Assembly: GCA_035308365.1 (NCBI GenBank)
Contig: DATGGU010000012.1
Span: 93,161 to 125,160 of the forward strand
Direction of reading: 5' to 3'
Origin: Streptosporangiaceae bacterium
Lineage (GTDB): Bacteria > Actinomycetota > Actinomycetes > Streptosporangiales > Streptosporangiaceae
DNA length: 32,000 nucleotides
Under the pieces are notes generated by a model. It searched no databases and was not told the origin of the DNA. It saw only the letters and a program-made list of their open reading frames with translations. Every line of letters starts with the position of its first letter. The stretch's first letter is position 1. Of the stretch, positions 8,522 to 17,434 are shown one piece after another. Position numbers and translations under genes: made by a program.

Positions 8522-9178
8522 TTAGCTGACCGGCCTATTCTCAAGACTCCATTCCAGCATCCCGCCGTTCAGCCGCCTGGCCCGCCAGCCATTGGACCGC
8601 AGCAAGCGGACGGCCGCATAAGCGAGCACGCAGTACTCGCCCCGGCAGTATGCTACGACCTCGAGATCAGCGGGTAGTTCGGACAGCCGCTGGCATAGTT
8701 CGTCCAGCGGTATTCCGATTGCACCCTCGATGTGCGCGGCGGTGAACTCCGTCGCCGGCCGCACGTCGAGCAGGACCAGTTCGCCGTTCCTGAGCCCGTC
8801 GAGCAGGTCGTCCCGGCTGATCGCCTCGACCTCGTCTTCCCCGAGAAACTCTCTGGCCACCCGCTCGGTCTCGGCCAGGTACATCATCGCCACGTCGCGC
8901 AGCATGACATAAAGCCTGGCCACGTCGCCGGCGGCCAGCCGGTAGTAGATCCGGGCCCCGTCCCTGCGGCCGCGCACCAGCCCGCCGGCCCGCAGCGTCT
9001 GCAGGTGTGCCGAGGCCGTGGTGAGCTTGAGTGCGGTGGCCTGGGCCAGTGACTCCACGGTACGCTCGCCCTGCGCGAGCACGTCTATGATCTGCAGCCT
9101 TTTCGGGTTCGCCAGCGCCTTACCGACGCGAGCCAGCTGATCGAAAAGTGCATCCTTTGTGCGAGCGCGATCAGACAT
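8522..9178 (-). CDS. ArsR-family HTH regulator fused to a rhodanese domain
   Basis: HTH: 'LANPKRLQIIDVLAQGERTVESLAQATALKLTTASAHLQTLRAGGLVRGRRDGARIYYRL'. Rhodanese: 'LLDVRPATEFTAAHIEGAIGIP' and 'VVAYCRGEYCVLAYAAVRLLRSNGWRARRLNGGMLEW'. Confidence 0.9.
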   Translation of the reverse strand: MSDRARTKDALFDQLARVGKALANPKRLQIIDVLAQGERTVESLAQATALKLTTASAHLQTLRAGGLVRGRRDGARIYYRLAAGDVARLYVMLRDVAMMYLAETERVAREFLGEDEVEAISRDDLLDGLRNGELVLLDVRPATEFTAAHIEGAIGIPLDELCQRLSELPADLEVVAYCRGEYCVLAYAAVRLLRSNGWRARRLNGGMLEWSLENRPVS

Positions 9179-9347
9179 GTCAAGAGTCTCTCACGGCCGT
9201 TATCTCATACCTATATGGCGGCGCCTAATACGGGGTTCAGCCCACTAGTACCTGTGCCGGTTCGCCGCTAGACTCCCGTCGATCGCCGGCCGCTTTGGGC
9301 CGGCCCTCAGATAATGGGCCTTGACATTTCACTGAGTTCACGGACTG

Positions 9348-10529
9348 GTGATTACTGTGGATGCCGTAGCCTTTCCCCGGCCGATGACTCAAGACGGCCT
9401 GCCCGATCCCCTGCTGCTCGAGCTGGCCGCGGACAACCCCGTGCTGCCCGTCGCCGGGCCAGGCGGCAAGGCGTGGCTGATCACCGGCCACGAAGCCGTT
9501 CGCGAGGCGCTGTCCGAGCCCTCCCGGTTCACCAGCGTCATCGATCCGGCGGTGACCGACGCCAGGGCCCGCGCGGGTGTGTCGATGGTGGGGCTGGACC
9601 CACCCGACCACACCCGGGTACGGAAGCTGGCCGCGAAGGCCTTCACCGCCCGGCGCATCCAGGGGCTCGTGCCGAGCGTGGAACGTGTGGTCACCACGTT
9701 GCTGGACGCGATGGCGGAGGCCGGCCCGCCGGCCGACCTGGTGACGTCGCTCGCGGTGCCCCTCCCGCTGCACATGATGTGCCAGATGCTCGATCTGCCG
9801 GCCGAGGACCAGCCCGGCTTCCTGCGCTGGTCCGACGTGTTCACCGGCATGAACACCGGCTACACGATGGAGGAAGTCGCCGACGCCAACGACAAGCTGC
9901 ACGCCTACATGCTCGATCTGGCGGCGCGGCGCAGGAAGCACCTGGGCGAAGACCTGTTGTCCGATCTTATCCGCGCCCGCGATGGCGAGGACGCCCTGAC
10001 CGAGCAGGAACTGCTCAACACGATGGTCCTGTTGCTGGTGGCCGGGCACCAGACCACGGTGCGCGCCATCGCCAGGAGCGTGCTGGTCCTGCTCCACTCG
10101 GGTCAGTGGAAGCGGTTCGCCGCGGCCGAGGTCACCGCCGAGCAGGTGGTCGAGGAGGCGTTGCGGCACCAGACGCCGATCGACACCGGCCTGTTCCGCC
10201 GGGCTGCCGTGGACACCGAGATCGCCGGTGTCCAGATCAAGGCCGGCGAGCAGGTGTTCCTCAGCGTGCACCTGGCCAACTTCGACCGCAACGCCTGGCA
10301 CGAGCCGCACGTGTTCGACCCCGGCCGCGGTGACCAGCGGCACCTGGCATTCGGCCACGGTGTCCACTTCTGCCTCGGCGCGCCGCTGGCCAGACTGGAG
10401 CTCAGCACCGCCCTCAGCCTGCTGGCGGCCCGGTTCCCCGGCCTGCGGATGGACGTCCCGCTTGACGAGCTGACCTGGACGGTGGGTTCATGGCTCAACA
10501 GCCTGGTCGCTCTTCCCGTCACCTGGTGA
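9348..10529 (+). CDS. Cytochrome P450
   Basis: I-helix 'LLVAGHQTTVR', 'EEALRHQTPIDTGLFRRA' (ExxR region nearby) and heme-binding loop 'FGHGVHFCLGAPLARLEL'. Confidence 0.93.
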   Translation: MITVDAVAFPRPMTQDGLPDPLLLELAADNPVLPVAGPGGKAWLITGHEAVREALSEPSRFTSVIDPAVTDARARAGVSMVGLDPPDHTRVRKLAAKAFTARRIQGLVPSVERVVTTLLDAMAEAGPPADLVTSLAVPLPLHMMCQMLDLPAEDQPGFLRWSDVFTGMNTGYTMEEVADANDKLHAYMLDLAARRRKHLGEDLLSDLIRARDGEDALTEQELLNTMVLLLVAGHQTTVRAIARSVLVLLHSGQWKRFAAAEVTAEQVVEEALRHQTPIDTGLFRRAAVDTEIAGVQIKAGEQVFLSVHLANFDRNAWHEPHVFDPGRGDQRHLAFGHGVHFCLGAPLARLELSTALSLLAARFPGLRMDVPLDELTWTVGSWLNSLVALPVTW

Positions 10530-10703
10530 CGCCTGCCCATCCGATGTGCGACACTCCGCAATGCGTATCTTGGCCAATCGCTCGCGATGCTATTCCAGAA
10601 AGGACGCCAGCCCTGCCCACCCCACCAGGCTGGCCGCTATCACCGCGCGGACGGCGGAATAATGAATTCCGCCGTCCCCGCCCGTTAACTGAATGGTCAG
10701 CCG

Positions 10704-12197
10704 ATGAGCATCGAAATCAGTGCTGCGGACCGGGCGAAGCTACTGCATGCCCTGGTGGAAGAGATCGAAAACTATCTTGATACCGCGGCCGATGACACTG
10801 GCCGCTCGCCGGTGGCCGATGCGGACGTCGACGAGCTGCTGGCCGCCTTTGATTTCGATCAGCCGGTAGCCGCGGCCGATGCCCTGGATCTAGCCATTCG
10901 CGGATTGCGTGATATGCAGCCGCGCACCCGGCACCGGCGGTATTTCGGATTGTTCGATGCCACCCCCACGACCATGTCAATTATCGGTGAAGCGCTGTCC
11001 GCCACCTTCAACCCATGCCTGGCCACCCGCAACGGGAGCCCGTTCGGCATCGCCGCGGAGGAAAAGCTGGTTGCCGCATTTGGCGAGAAATTCGGTTATC
11101 CGCCCTGCGAGGTGGACGGAATCCTGACCAGCGGCGGGTCGGAGACGAATCTTTCGGCCATGCTGATGGCCCTTACCCACCGGATTCCCAGCTATCCGCA
11201 GACCGGCCTGATCGGGCTGGCCAGCCGTCCGGTCGTTTACGTTTCGCCGGAGGCCCACCCATCGGTGCCGCGTGCGGCCCGCCTGACCGGCCTGGGTGCC
11301 GAGTCGGTGCGCGAGGTTGAGACCGACTGCGCGCAGCGCATGGACCTGGCCGCGCTGGAGAAGATGATCGTCGCCGACCAGCGGGCCGGGCTGACGCCGG
11401 TTGCCGTGGTGGTGACCGCGGGCACAACCGGCGCGGGCGCCATCGACCCGATCGACGGAGCCGCCTGCATCGCTGCCAGGCACGGGCTGTGGCTGCACGT
11501 CGATGCGGCGTGGGGCGGCGCGGCCGCGCTGCTGCCCGATCCCGACCCGGCATTCCAGGGCCTGGCCAGGGCGGACTCGCTCACCTTCGACCCGCACAAG
11601 TGGATGTCGGTGCCGCTTGGCCTGGGAATGCTGCTCACCCGCCATCGTGGCCTGCTGGCCAGGACCTTCTCGGCCGGCCCGACATTTCTCGACGCCGATG
11701 GGCGGGAGGCGGAGCCATTCAGCCGGTCGCTGCGCTGGTCCCGTAGCTTCGCAGCACTGAAACTGCTGCTTTCACTCGCGGTGACCGGCTGGCAAGGGTT
11801 CGAGGAAACCTTGCGGCAGCAGATGAGGCTGGCCGACGAATTGCGCAAAGGGCTGGCCGGATCGGGCTGGCAGATCGTCAATGACACACCACTGCCGCTG
11901 GTTTGTTTCCTGCCGGCCGACCGGGCCGAACAGCACCCGCACAGATTGCGACTTATCGCCAGGGCCATCAATTCCACCGGTGACGCTCATATCTTCGTGG
12001 TCAAGTCCGGCGGACGGCACGTGCTGCGAGCCTCCATCACGAACTACGCGACCACGGAAGCGGACGTCGTGGCGCTGATCGGCCTGCTCGACGACGCGGC
12101 CCGGCGGTCACAGGGCTTACCCGGCCCGTCACACAACCGGCCCGCATGGGAGGTGCCGCCGCGATGGTCGATACGAAGACCGCGAGCCCCCCGCTGA
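10704..12197 (+). CDS. PLP-dependent group II amino-acid decarboxylase
   Basis: 'ILTSGGSETNLSAM', 'VVVTAGTTGAGAIDPI', 'LWLHVDAAWGGAAAL' and 'SLTFDPHKWMSVPLG' (PLP lysine). Confidence 0.88.
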   Translation: MSIEISAADRAKLLHALVEEIENYLDTAADDTGRSPVADADVDELLAAFDFDQPVAAADALDLAIRGLRDMQPRTRHRRYFGLFDATPTTMSIIGEALSATFNPCLATRNGSPFGIAAEEKLVAAFGEKFGYPPCEVDGILTSGGSETNLSAMLMALTHRIPSYPQTGLIGLASRPVVYVSPEAHPSVPRAARLTGLGAESVREVETDCAQRMDLAALEKMIVADQRAGLTPVAVVVTAGTTGAGAIDPIDGAACIAARHGLWLHVDAAWGGAAALLPDPDPAFQGLARADSLTFDPHKWMSVPLGLGMLLTRHRGLLARTFSAGPTFLDADGREAEPFSRSLRWSRSFAALKLLLSLAVTGWQGFEETLRQQMRLADELRKGLAGSGWQIVNDTPLPLVCFLPADRAEQHPHRLRLIARAINSTGDAHIFVVKSGGRHVLRASITNYATTEADVVALIGLLDDAARRSQGLPGPSHNRPAWEVPPRWSIRRPRAPR

Positions 12198-13450
12198 CCT
12201 CATGGCGCCGGGACTTCCGGCAGCTCTGGACAGCGCAGACGGTGTCGTCGTTCGGCAGCCAGATCACCACGGTGGCGCTGCCGCTGACGGCCGCGGGGCT
12301 GCTGCACGCCAGCGCGGGGGAGATGGGCATACTCGCGGCCGGGTCCACCCTGCCCAACCTGCTGTTCTCGTTCTATTTCGGGGCGCTGGTCGACCGGGTC
12401 TTCCGGCGCTGGGCGCTGCTGGTGTGGGCCGACCTGATCCGGATGGTGCTGCTCGCCCTGATCCCGGTGGCATGGGCGGCCGGTTTCCTGTCGGTCGGCC
12501 TGCTGATCGGCATCGCGTTCGTGACCGGCGCGGCCAGCCTGTCGTTCGGGATCACCTGGTCCGCGTATCTGCCCTCGGTGGTTCCGGCCGGCAACCTGGT
12601 CGAAGCGAACAGCAAGCTGCAGGCCAGCATGACGATCGCCGATCTCGGCGGTGTCAGCCTGGCCGGAGCGCTCGTGCAGCTCTTCGGCGCGCCCAACGCG
12701 ATGACCATCGACGCCGTCTCGTTCGCCTTCTCGGCGGTGTTCCTGGCCCGGATGCGTTACCGGGACGGCCAGAAGCCCGCCCCGCGTGAGGGCAAGCCCA
12801 ACATGTGGCGCGAGGTGGGCGAGGGCCTTCGGTACTGCGTCAGCGAACCGCGGCTCCGGGCGATCGCCGGGGCGGCGGCCAACCTGAACCTGTTCAGCAG
12901 CGTCGCCCTGGCGCTCGGCATCCTGTTCCTCAACCGGACACTGCGGATTCCGCCATACCTGATCAGCCTGATCTTCGCCGCGTGGGGAGTGGGCGCCGTG
13001 GGGGGCTCGCTGCTGGCCCCGATGCTGGGACGGCGGTTCACCGAGGGGCGCACGATCATCGCCGCGTCGGCCGTCTTCTCCGTCGCCCTGTTCGCCTACC
13101 CGCCGGTGCACGGGCCGGTGTGGTTCGAGTCCACCGCGCTGATCATCGTCAACATCGCCTTCGGCTTCGCGGTGTTCGTCTTCGACGTGCACACTGCCGC
13201 GCTGCGCCAGGTGATATCCCCGGACGAGCTGCAGGGCCGGACCGCGTCGGCGATGGCGTTCGTGACCCAGGGGGTCAAGCCGGCCGGCGCCCTGCTCGGC
13301 GGCGTGCTGGGCGAGACCATCGGAATCCGGGGGGCGCTGTGGTTCGCCGCCGCCGGAACGATCACCACCGTGCTGTGGACCTACCGGTCCCCCCTGCGCC
13401 TGGGGAAGGGAGCCGAGGCCGTCACGGCCGAACCAGATCCAGTGACCTGA
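12164..13450 (+). CDS. MFS transporter (EntS-like exporter type)
   Basis: 'FRQLWTAQTVSSFGSQITTVALPLTA' followed by about 12 hydrophobic segments. GGAGG lies upstream of ATG 12164. Overlaps the decarboxylase 3' end. Confidence 0.88.
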   Translation: MVDTKTASPPLTSWRRDFRQLWTAQTVSSFGSQITTVALPLTAAGLLHASAGEMGILAAGSTLPNLLFSFYFGALVDRVFRRWALLVWADLIRMVLLALIPVAWAAGFLSVGLLIGIAFVTGAASLSFGITWSAYLPSVVPAGNLVEANSKLQASMTIADLGGVSLAGALVQLFGAPNAMTIDAVSFAFSAVFLARMRYRDGQKPAPREGKPNMWREVGEGLRYCVSEPRLRAIAGAAANLNLFSSVALALGILFLNRTLRIPPYLISLIFAAWGVGAVGGSLLAPMLGRRFTEGRTIIAASAVFSVALFAYPPVHGPVWFESTALIIVNIAFGFAVFVFDVHTAALRQVISPDELQGRTASAMAFVTQGVKPAGALLGGVLGETIGIRGALWFAAAGTITTVLWTYRSPLRLGKGAEAVTAEPDPVT

Positions 13451-13468
13451 ACAAGCCTTGGAGACGTC

Positions 13469-14728
13469 ATCAAAGTCCTGTTCTTTGTCATCCCGGCGCA
13501 CAGCGACCTGCATTCGGTAATCCCGGTCGCCGAGGAACTTGTTGCCCGGGGCGATCAGCCGGTCCTCTACCTCACCGGGGAATTCGCCCCTGCGGTGCGG
13601 CGGGCCGGTGCGCAGTTCCGGCCGCTCGATCCCGCCGTCGACCTGTATGGGGAGCTTTCCAGCGGGAATCCGCTCGCTTCCATCGCAGATGCCGGAAAGG
13701 TCATCGAGCGGATGGGACCGTTGGTTGCCAACCTGCTCGTCGAGGGCCTGCGGGTGGTGCCGGCCATGATAGACGCGGTCCGTGCGGAGAATGCGGACTG
13801 CATCGTCTACAACCCCATGTGCCCGTGGGGCATCGCATTGGCGAGGATGCTCGGCCTGCCGGCGGTCACCTTCTCCACGACCTTCGTGATGAAGCCCGGA
13901 TCGGACTTCGAGCAGATGTTCGCCACCTCCGCGAACGCGGAGAAGATGGCGGCCACCTGGGACTACGTCCGGCGCAGCGTCGATGAACTGCACACCTTGC
14001 ACGGCGTCCCACCGCTGCGGCTGAGCGACATGTTCTCCCCCTGCGAGCCGGCGAACATCGTGCCGATCATCCGGGAGTTCCAGCCCGATGCCGCCAGCCT
14101 GGACGAGCGCTACCTGTTCACCGGCCCATCGATCCGCGGCGGCGGCACCGATCCCGGCTTCCCGCTCGATCACCTGGACGGCGGGCCCGGCCTGTATATT
14201 TCGCTCGGCACGGCCATCAGCCGCGGATCCGGATCACGGTTCGCCCGCCTCTGCTTCGATGCGTTCGGCGGTACCGGCTGGCGGGTGGTGCTGTCCGCCG
14301 GGGCCGGGACCGACCTGGCCTCGCTGGGCACGCCGCCCGCCAACTTCCTGGTCCGCGGCCACGTCCCGCAACTTGACGTGCTCCGCCGGGCGGACGTCTT
14401 CGTCACCCATGGCGGCGTCAACTCGGTCATGGAAGCCATGTGGCACGGCGTTCCGCTGGTCGCGATCCCGCACACGATCGAGCAGCTGATGTTCGCCGAC
14501 CGGGCCGCCCAGCTCGGCCTGGGAGTCAGGCTCGACCCAGCCGGCATCACCGCCGGTGCCCTGCGCGTGGCGGTGGACTCGGTCGCCGCCGATCCCGGCT
14601 ACCGGGCCAGGCTCGCCGGGATATCGGCAGCGGCCAGGCAGGCCGGCGGGTACCAGCGGGCCGCGGATGCCATTGCGCAGGCCGCCAGCCGGTCAGTTCT
14701 TTCCAGCCAGCCCACTGCCGCGATATGA
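13469..14728 (+). CDS. GT1/MGT-family glycosyltransferase, with N-terminus apparently beginning at a non-canonical ATC
   Basis: In-frame upstream coding gives (I)KVLFFVIPAHSDLHSVIPVAEELVARGDQPVLYLTGEFAPA joining the listed ORF at 13595. C-terminal donor motif 'VTHGGVNSVMEAMWHGVPLVAIPHTIEQLMFADRA'. Confidence 0.82.
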   Translation: MKVLFFVIPAHSDLHSVIPVAEELVARGDQPVLYLTGEFAPAVRRAGAQFRPLDPAVDLYGELSSGNPLASIADAGKVIERMGPLVANLLVEGLRVVPAMIDAVRAENADCIVYNPMCPWGIALARMLGLPAVTFSTTFVMKPGSDFEQMFATSANAEKMAATWDYVRRSVDELHTLHGVPPLRLSDMFSPCEPANIVPIIREFQPDAASLDERYLFTGPSIRGGGTDPGFPLDHLDGGPGLYISLGTAISRGSGSRFARLCFDAFGGTGWRVVLSAGAGTDLASLGTPPANFLVRGHVPQLDVLRRADVFVTHGGVNSVMEAMWHGVPLVAIPHTIEQLMFADRAAQLGLGVRLDPAGITAGALRVAVDSVAADPGYRARLAGISAAARQAGGYQRAADAIAQAASRSVLSSQPTAAI

Positions 14729-15642
14729 CCAGGGAAAAGTTTACGATGGCCGAAACGCCGGAGCTGCCGCCGATCGTGTGCGCGGTGGACGACCGTTACG
14801 TCAGCCCGCTCTGTGTCTTCATGCAGTCGCTGTCCGCGGCCCACCCCGGCCTGCCGCTCCGGGTGATCGTGATGCACCAGGGCCTGACCGACGGCAACTG
14901 CCACCGAATCCATTTCCACGCCGAACGGCTCGGGCTGCGAGCCGAACTGCGGGCGGCGCCGGGGGTGGACCCGAGGTACCCGGTGAGCATGTGGGTGACC
15001 GACGCGACGTATCTGCGGCTTGCGTTGCCGGATGTGGTCACGGACTACCCGCTCGCCTTGTACATGGACGTGGATCTCATTGTCCTGCGGGATCTGCGCC
15101 GCCTGCTGACCACCGGGCTGGACGGGTTCCCGCTGGCCGCGGTCCGTGACCCGCTCAACCCGACGCTGGGCACCGGATTCGGCCTGCCCGGCTGGCAGAA
15201 CCTTGGCCTGCCTGCCTCCAGGGAATACTTCAACGGCGGCGTCATACTCTTCAACCTGCCCGAATGCCGCCGGCGCGGGACCTTTGAAGCGAGCCAGCGA
15301 TTCGCCCGTGATATGCCGCGACACATTTTGTTCTGGGACCAGGACGCGCTGAACTGGGCAGTGGACGACACATGGCTGCGGCTGGACAGATGCTGGAACA
15401 CATTGTCGGTATCAGCGCTGAGCGAGACGTTCCAGGACTGGAAATACCTCGCCGAAGACGTCCTGCCGTTCAGCCGGCTCATCGAGGACGAGCGCACGGC
15501 CGCGGTGTTCCACTTCGCGGGCCCGCTCAAGCCGTGGAATCCGGACTATCCGGCCGGCCCGGCCCGTGATCTCTACGCGTCTTTCGCCCGGCAGGTCGCC
15601 GGCAGCGAGCCGCTGGCAGGTGTGACTGAGGAGAAGGCATGA
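14725..15642 (+). CDS. GT8-family glycosyltransferase
   Basis: 'YMDVDLIVLRDL' (DxD), 'YFNGGVILFNL', 'WDQDALNWAV' and 'VFHFAGPLKPW'. ATGA overlap with the upstream GT. Confidence 0.85.
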   Translation: MTREKFTMAETPELPPIVCAVDDRYVSPLCVFMQSLSAAHPGLPLRVIVMHQGLTDGNCHRIHFHAERLGLRAELRAAPGVDPRYPVSMWVTDATYLRLALPDVVTDYPLALYMDVDLIVLRDLRRLLTTGLDGFPLAAVRDPLNPTLGTGFGLPGWQNLGLPASREYFNGGVILFNLPECRRRGTFEASQRFARDMPRHILFWDQDALNWAVDDTWLRLDRCWNTLSVSALSETFQDWKYLAEDVLPFSRLIEDERTAAVFHFAGPLKPWNPDYPAGPARDLYASFARQVAGSEPLAGVTEEKA

Positions 15643-16232
15643 GTTCCCAGCGCAGCGAGGTCGCCGAAAGAAAGTCCCCGGCAGTTGCCACTCCCGTCAC
15701 ACTGGGCCTGCGCACCGGCCCACTCGGCCGTGCCATCCGGCTGTTCGGTGCCGTGGTGCTGGGCCTGGGGGTGTCCTCCTTCATCCAGACCGGAGTCGGT
15801 CATTTCGGCCGGGCCAGCGAGGTGCGATCGCCCACCATGTGGGTGCTCACCGTGATCGTGGCGATCCTCCTGGTCGACCTGATCGTCAGGTTCCTGCCGT
15901 TCCCCCGCGTGGTCCGAGGGGTCATCCTGGCCGCGGTGGTCATCGCGGTGATCGTGACGGCGGCCATCCGCGCCGCGTCCCCGGGGCCGCTGTGGGGCCC
16001 GCCGCTGAGCAGCCTGGTCTGGTGGATCGACGTGGCCGACCTGAGCTTCTCCACCGCCAGCCTGGTGCTCTCCATCCCGATCGGCACTCCTGGCTGCGAA
16101 AAGGTGGCGTGGGCCGAGTTGTACGTCATGCTGCGCGGCGGCCGGCGGCCGGCCGGGAGATGGTGCGTCGGCGGATTGCATGTTGTCGACAACTGGGAGA
16201 TCGCGCGCCGGCTCAGACGTGCTCAGGCCTGA
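15639..16232 (+). CDS. Small multi-pass membrane protein of unknown function
   Basis: ATGA start/stop overlap with the GT8 gene and several hydrophobic segments. No recognised catalytic motif. Confidence 0.6.
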   Translation: MSSQRSEVAERKSPAVATPVTLGLRTGPLGRAIRLFGAVVLGLGVSSFIQTGVGHFGRASEVRSPTMWVLTVIVAILLVDLIVRFLPFPRVVRGVILAAVVIAVIVTAAIRAASPGPLWGPPLSSLVWWIDVADLSFSTASLVLSIPIGTPGCEKVAWAELYVMLRGGRRPAGRWCVGGLHVVDNWEIARRLRRAQA

Positions 16233-16307
16233 CATATTCGCCTTACCGGAAGTATCATGGCGGCATGATATTCGCCTATCCGGATGAGTCAGGATGAAGG
16301 AGGCCGC

Positions 16308-16748
16308 ATGCGAGGGCGTTCCGGCCGCTCCTGCTGTGCCCAGGAACCTTCCCTGGGCACCGCCGACCGGTACCTGACCGGGGAGCGGCGCCGGGTCATG
16401 GTGCGCCGGGCGATCCTGGTTGTATCGGCCGCACTATTTGTGGCGGCCGTCACGATATCGGCGTCAGGGGTGGGGCAGGCGGCGCTCGCTCACCGATTGT
16501 GCTGGGGGTCTGCCATCTGCGCGTCCGGCCTTGCGGCCACCTGGATCCGGCAGGCGATGACCACCGGGCGGCCCGGCTGGCGGCTGCTGGCCGCGGTGGC
16601 CGCGGTGGCCGCCGGCATCGCCTGGCAGCCGGTCATCCCGGCGGCCGCGGCCGTCGCCGCGCTGACCGAGCACACGCTGCGCCGGGGCGCCGTCCCGGTG
16701 CTCACCGCGCGAGCCGGTTCCCGTCAGGTAGCCAGGACGAACGGCTGA
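16308..16748 (+). CDS. Small membrane protein of unknown function
   Basis: AAGGAGG precedes ATG 16308. Hydrophobic stretches 'AILVVSAALFVAAVTISAS' and 'LLAAVAAVAAGIAW'. Confidence 0.5.
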   Translation: MRGRSGRSCCAQEPSLGTADRYLTGERRRVMVRRAILVVSAALFVAAVTISASGVGQAALAHRLCWGSAICASGLAATWIRQAMTTGRPGWRLLAAVAAVAAGIAWQPVIPAAAAVAALTEHTLRRGAVPVLTARAGSRQVARTNG

Positions 16749-16753
16749 CTCCG

Positions 16754-17434
16754 GTGTCCTCGTTCGTCTTCATGAAGCTCCTTGAGACCCGGGCATCCCG
16801 CTACGACCGCGGGATGCGGTTGCTCACCTTCGGCCGGATCGGCGGGCTGTACCGGGCGATCGCCGGGCACATCCCACCGGGCAGCGAGGTCCTGGAGATC
16901 GGCTGCGGCACCGGCGGGCTCACCGCCGAACTGGCCGGCCGAGGCTGCCGGGTGACCGCGGTCGACCGCTCCCCCCAGATGCTCGCGATCGCCGCGCGCA
17001 AGCTGGCAGAGATCGATACGGCCGCGAGCCCGCGGCTGCTGCCCCTGTCGATCACCGGCCTGGACCGGACGTTCGGTGCCGGCGCGTTCGACTACGTCGT
17101 GAGCTGCCTGGTACTCAGCGAGCTGACGGCCACAGAGGAACGCTACGCGCTGGACTGCTCCGTCCGGCTGCTGCGCCCGGGCGGTGGCCTGGTGATCGCC
17201 GACGAGGTGCTGCCAGCGAACCCGGTGCGCCGGGTGATCTATCATGCGACGCGGCTGCCGGTGGCGGCACTGGCCTACCTGCTGACCCAGACGTCGAGCC
17301 ATCATCTCCGCGACATCGACGGCAAGCTGCGCAGCCGGGGGCTGGAGGCGGTCGAGCGGACGACGTTGCAGCACGGCTCGTTCGCCATCGTGGCGGGGAG
17401 GAAGCCGGCATGCCGTCTGCAGCCCCAGAAGTGA
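16754..17434 (+). CDS. Class I SAM-dependent methyltransferase
   Basis: 'GSEVLEIGCGTGGLTAELAGRGCRVTAVDRSPQML' and 'FDYVVSCLVLSEL...RLLRPGGGLVIADE'. Confidence 0.88.
   Translation: MSSFVFMKLLETRASRYDRGMRLLTFGRIGGLYRAIAGHIPPGSEVLEIGCGTGGLTAELAGRGCRVTAVDRSPQMLAIAARKLAEIDTAASPRLLPLSITGLDRTFGAGAFDYVVSCLVLSELTATEERYALDCSVRLLRPGGGLVIADEVLPANPVRRVIYHATRLPVAALAYLLTQTSSHHLRDIDGKLRSRGLEAVERTTLQHGSFAIVAGRKPACRLQPQK

Noticed and set aside
12200-14173. 657-aa minus-strand ORF opposite the MFS and GT1 genes
   Set aside because: Arg/Gly/His-rich antisense translation. The plus strand has clear transporter and GT-B motifs.
16499-16753. 5' extension of the methyltransferase ORF
   Set aside because: This part is out-of-frame overlap with the 16308-16748 gene. 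The methyltransferase sequence begins around 16754 or 16772.
16754-17434. Calling the methyltransferase EgtD, or ArsM
   Set aside because: It is too short for EgtD and lacks the cysteine pattern expected for ArsM. Only a generic class I SAM methyltransferase can be supported.
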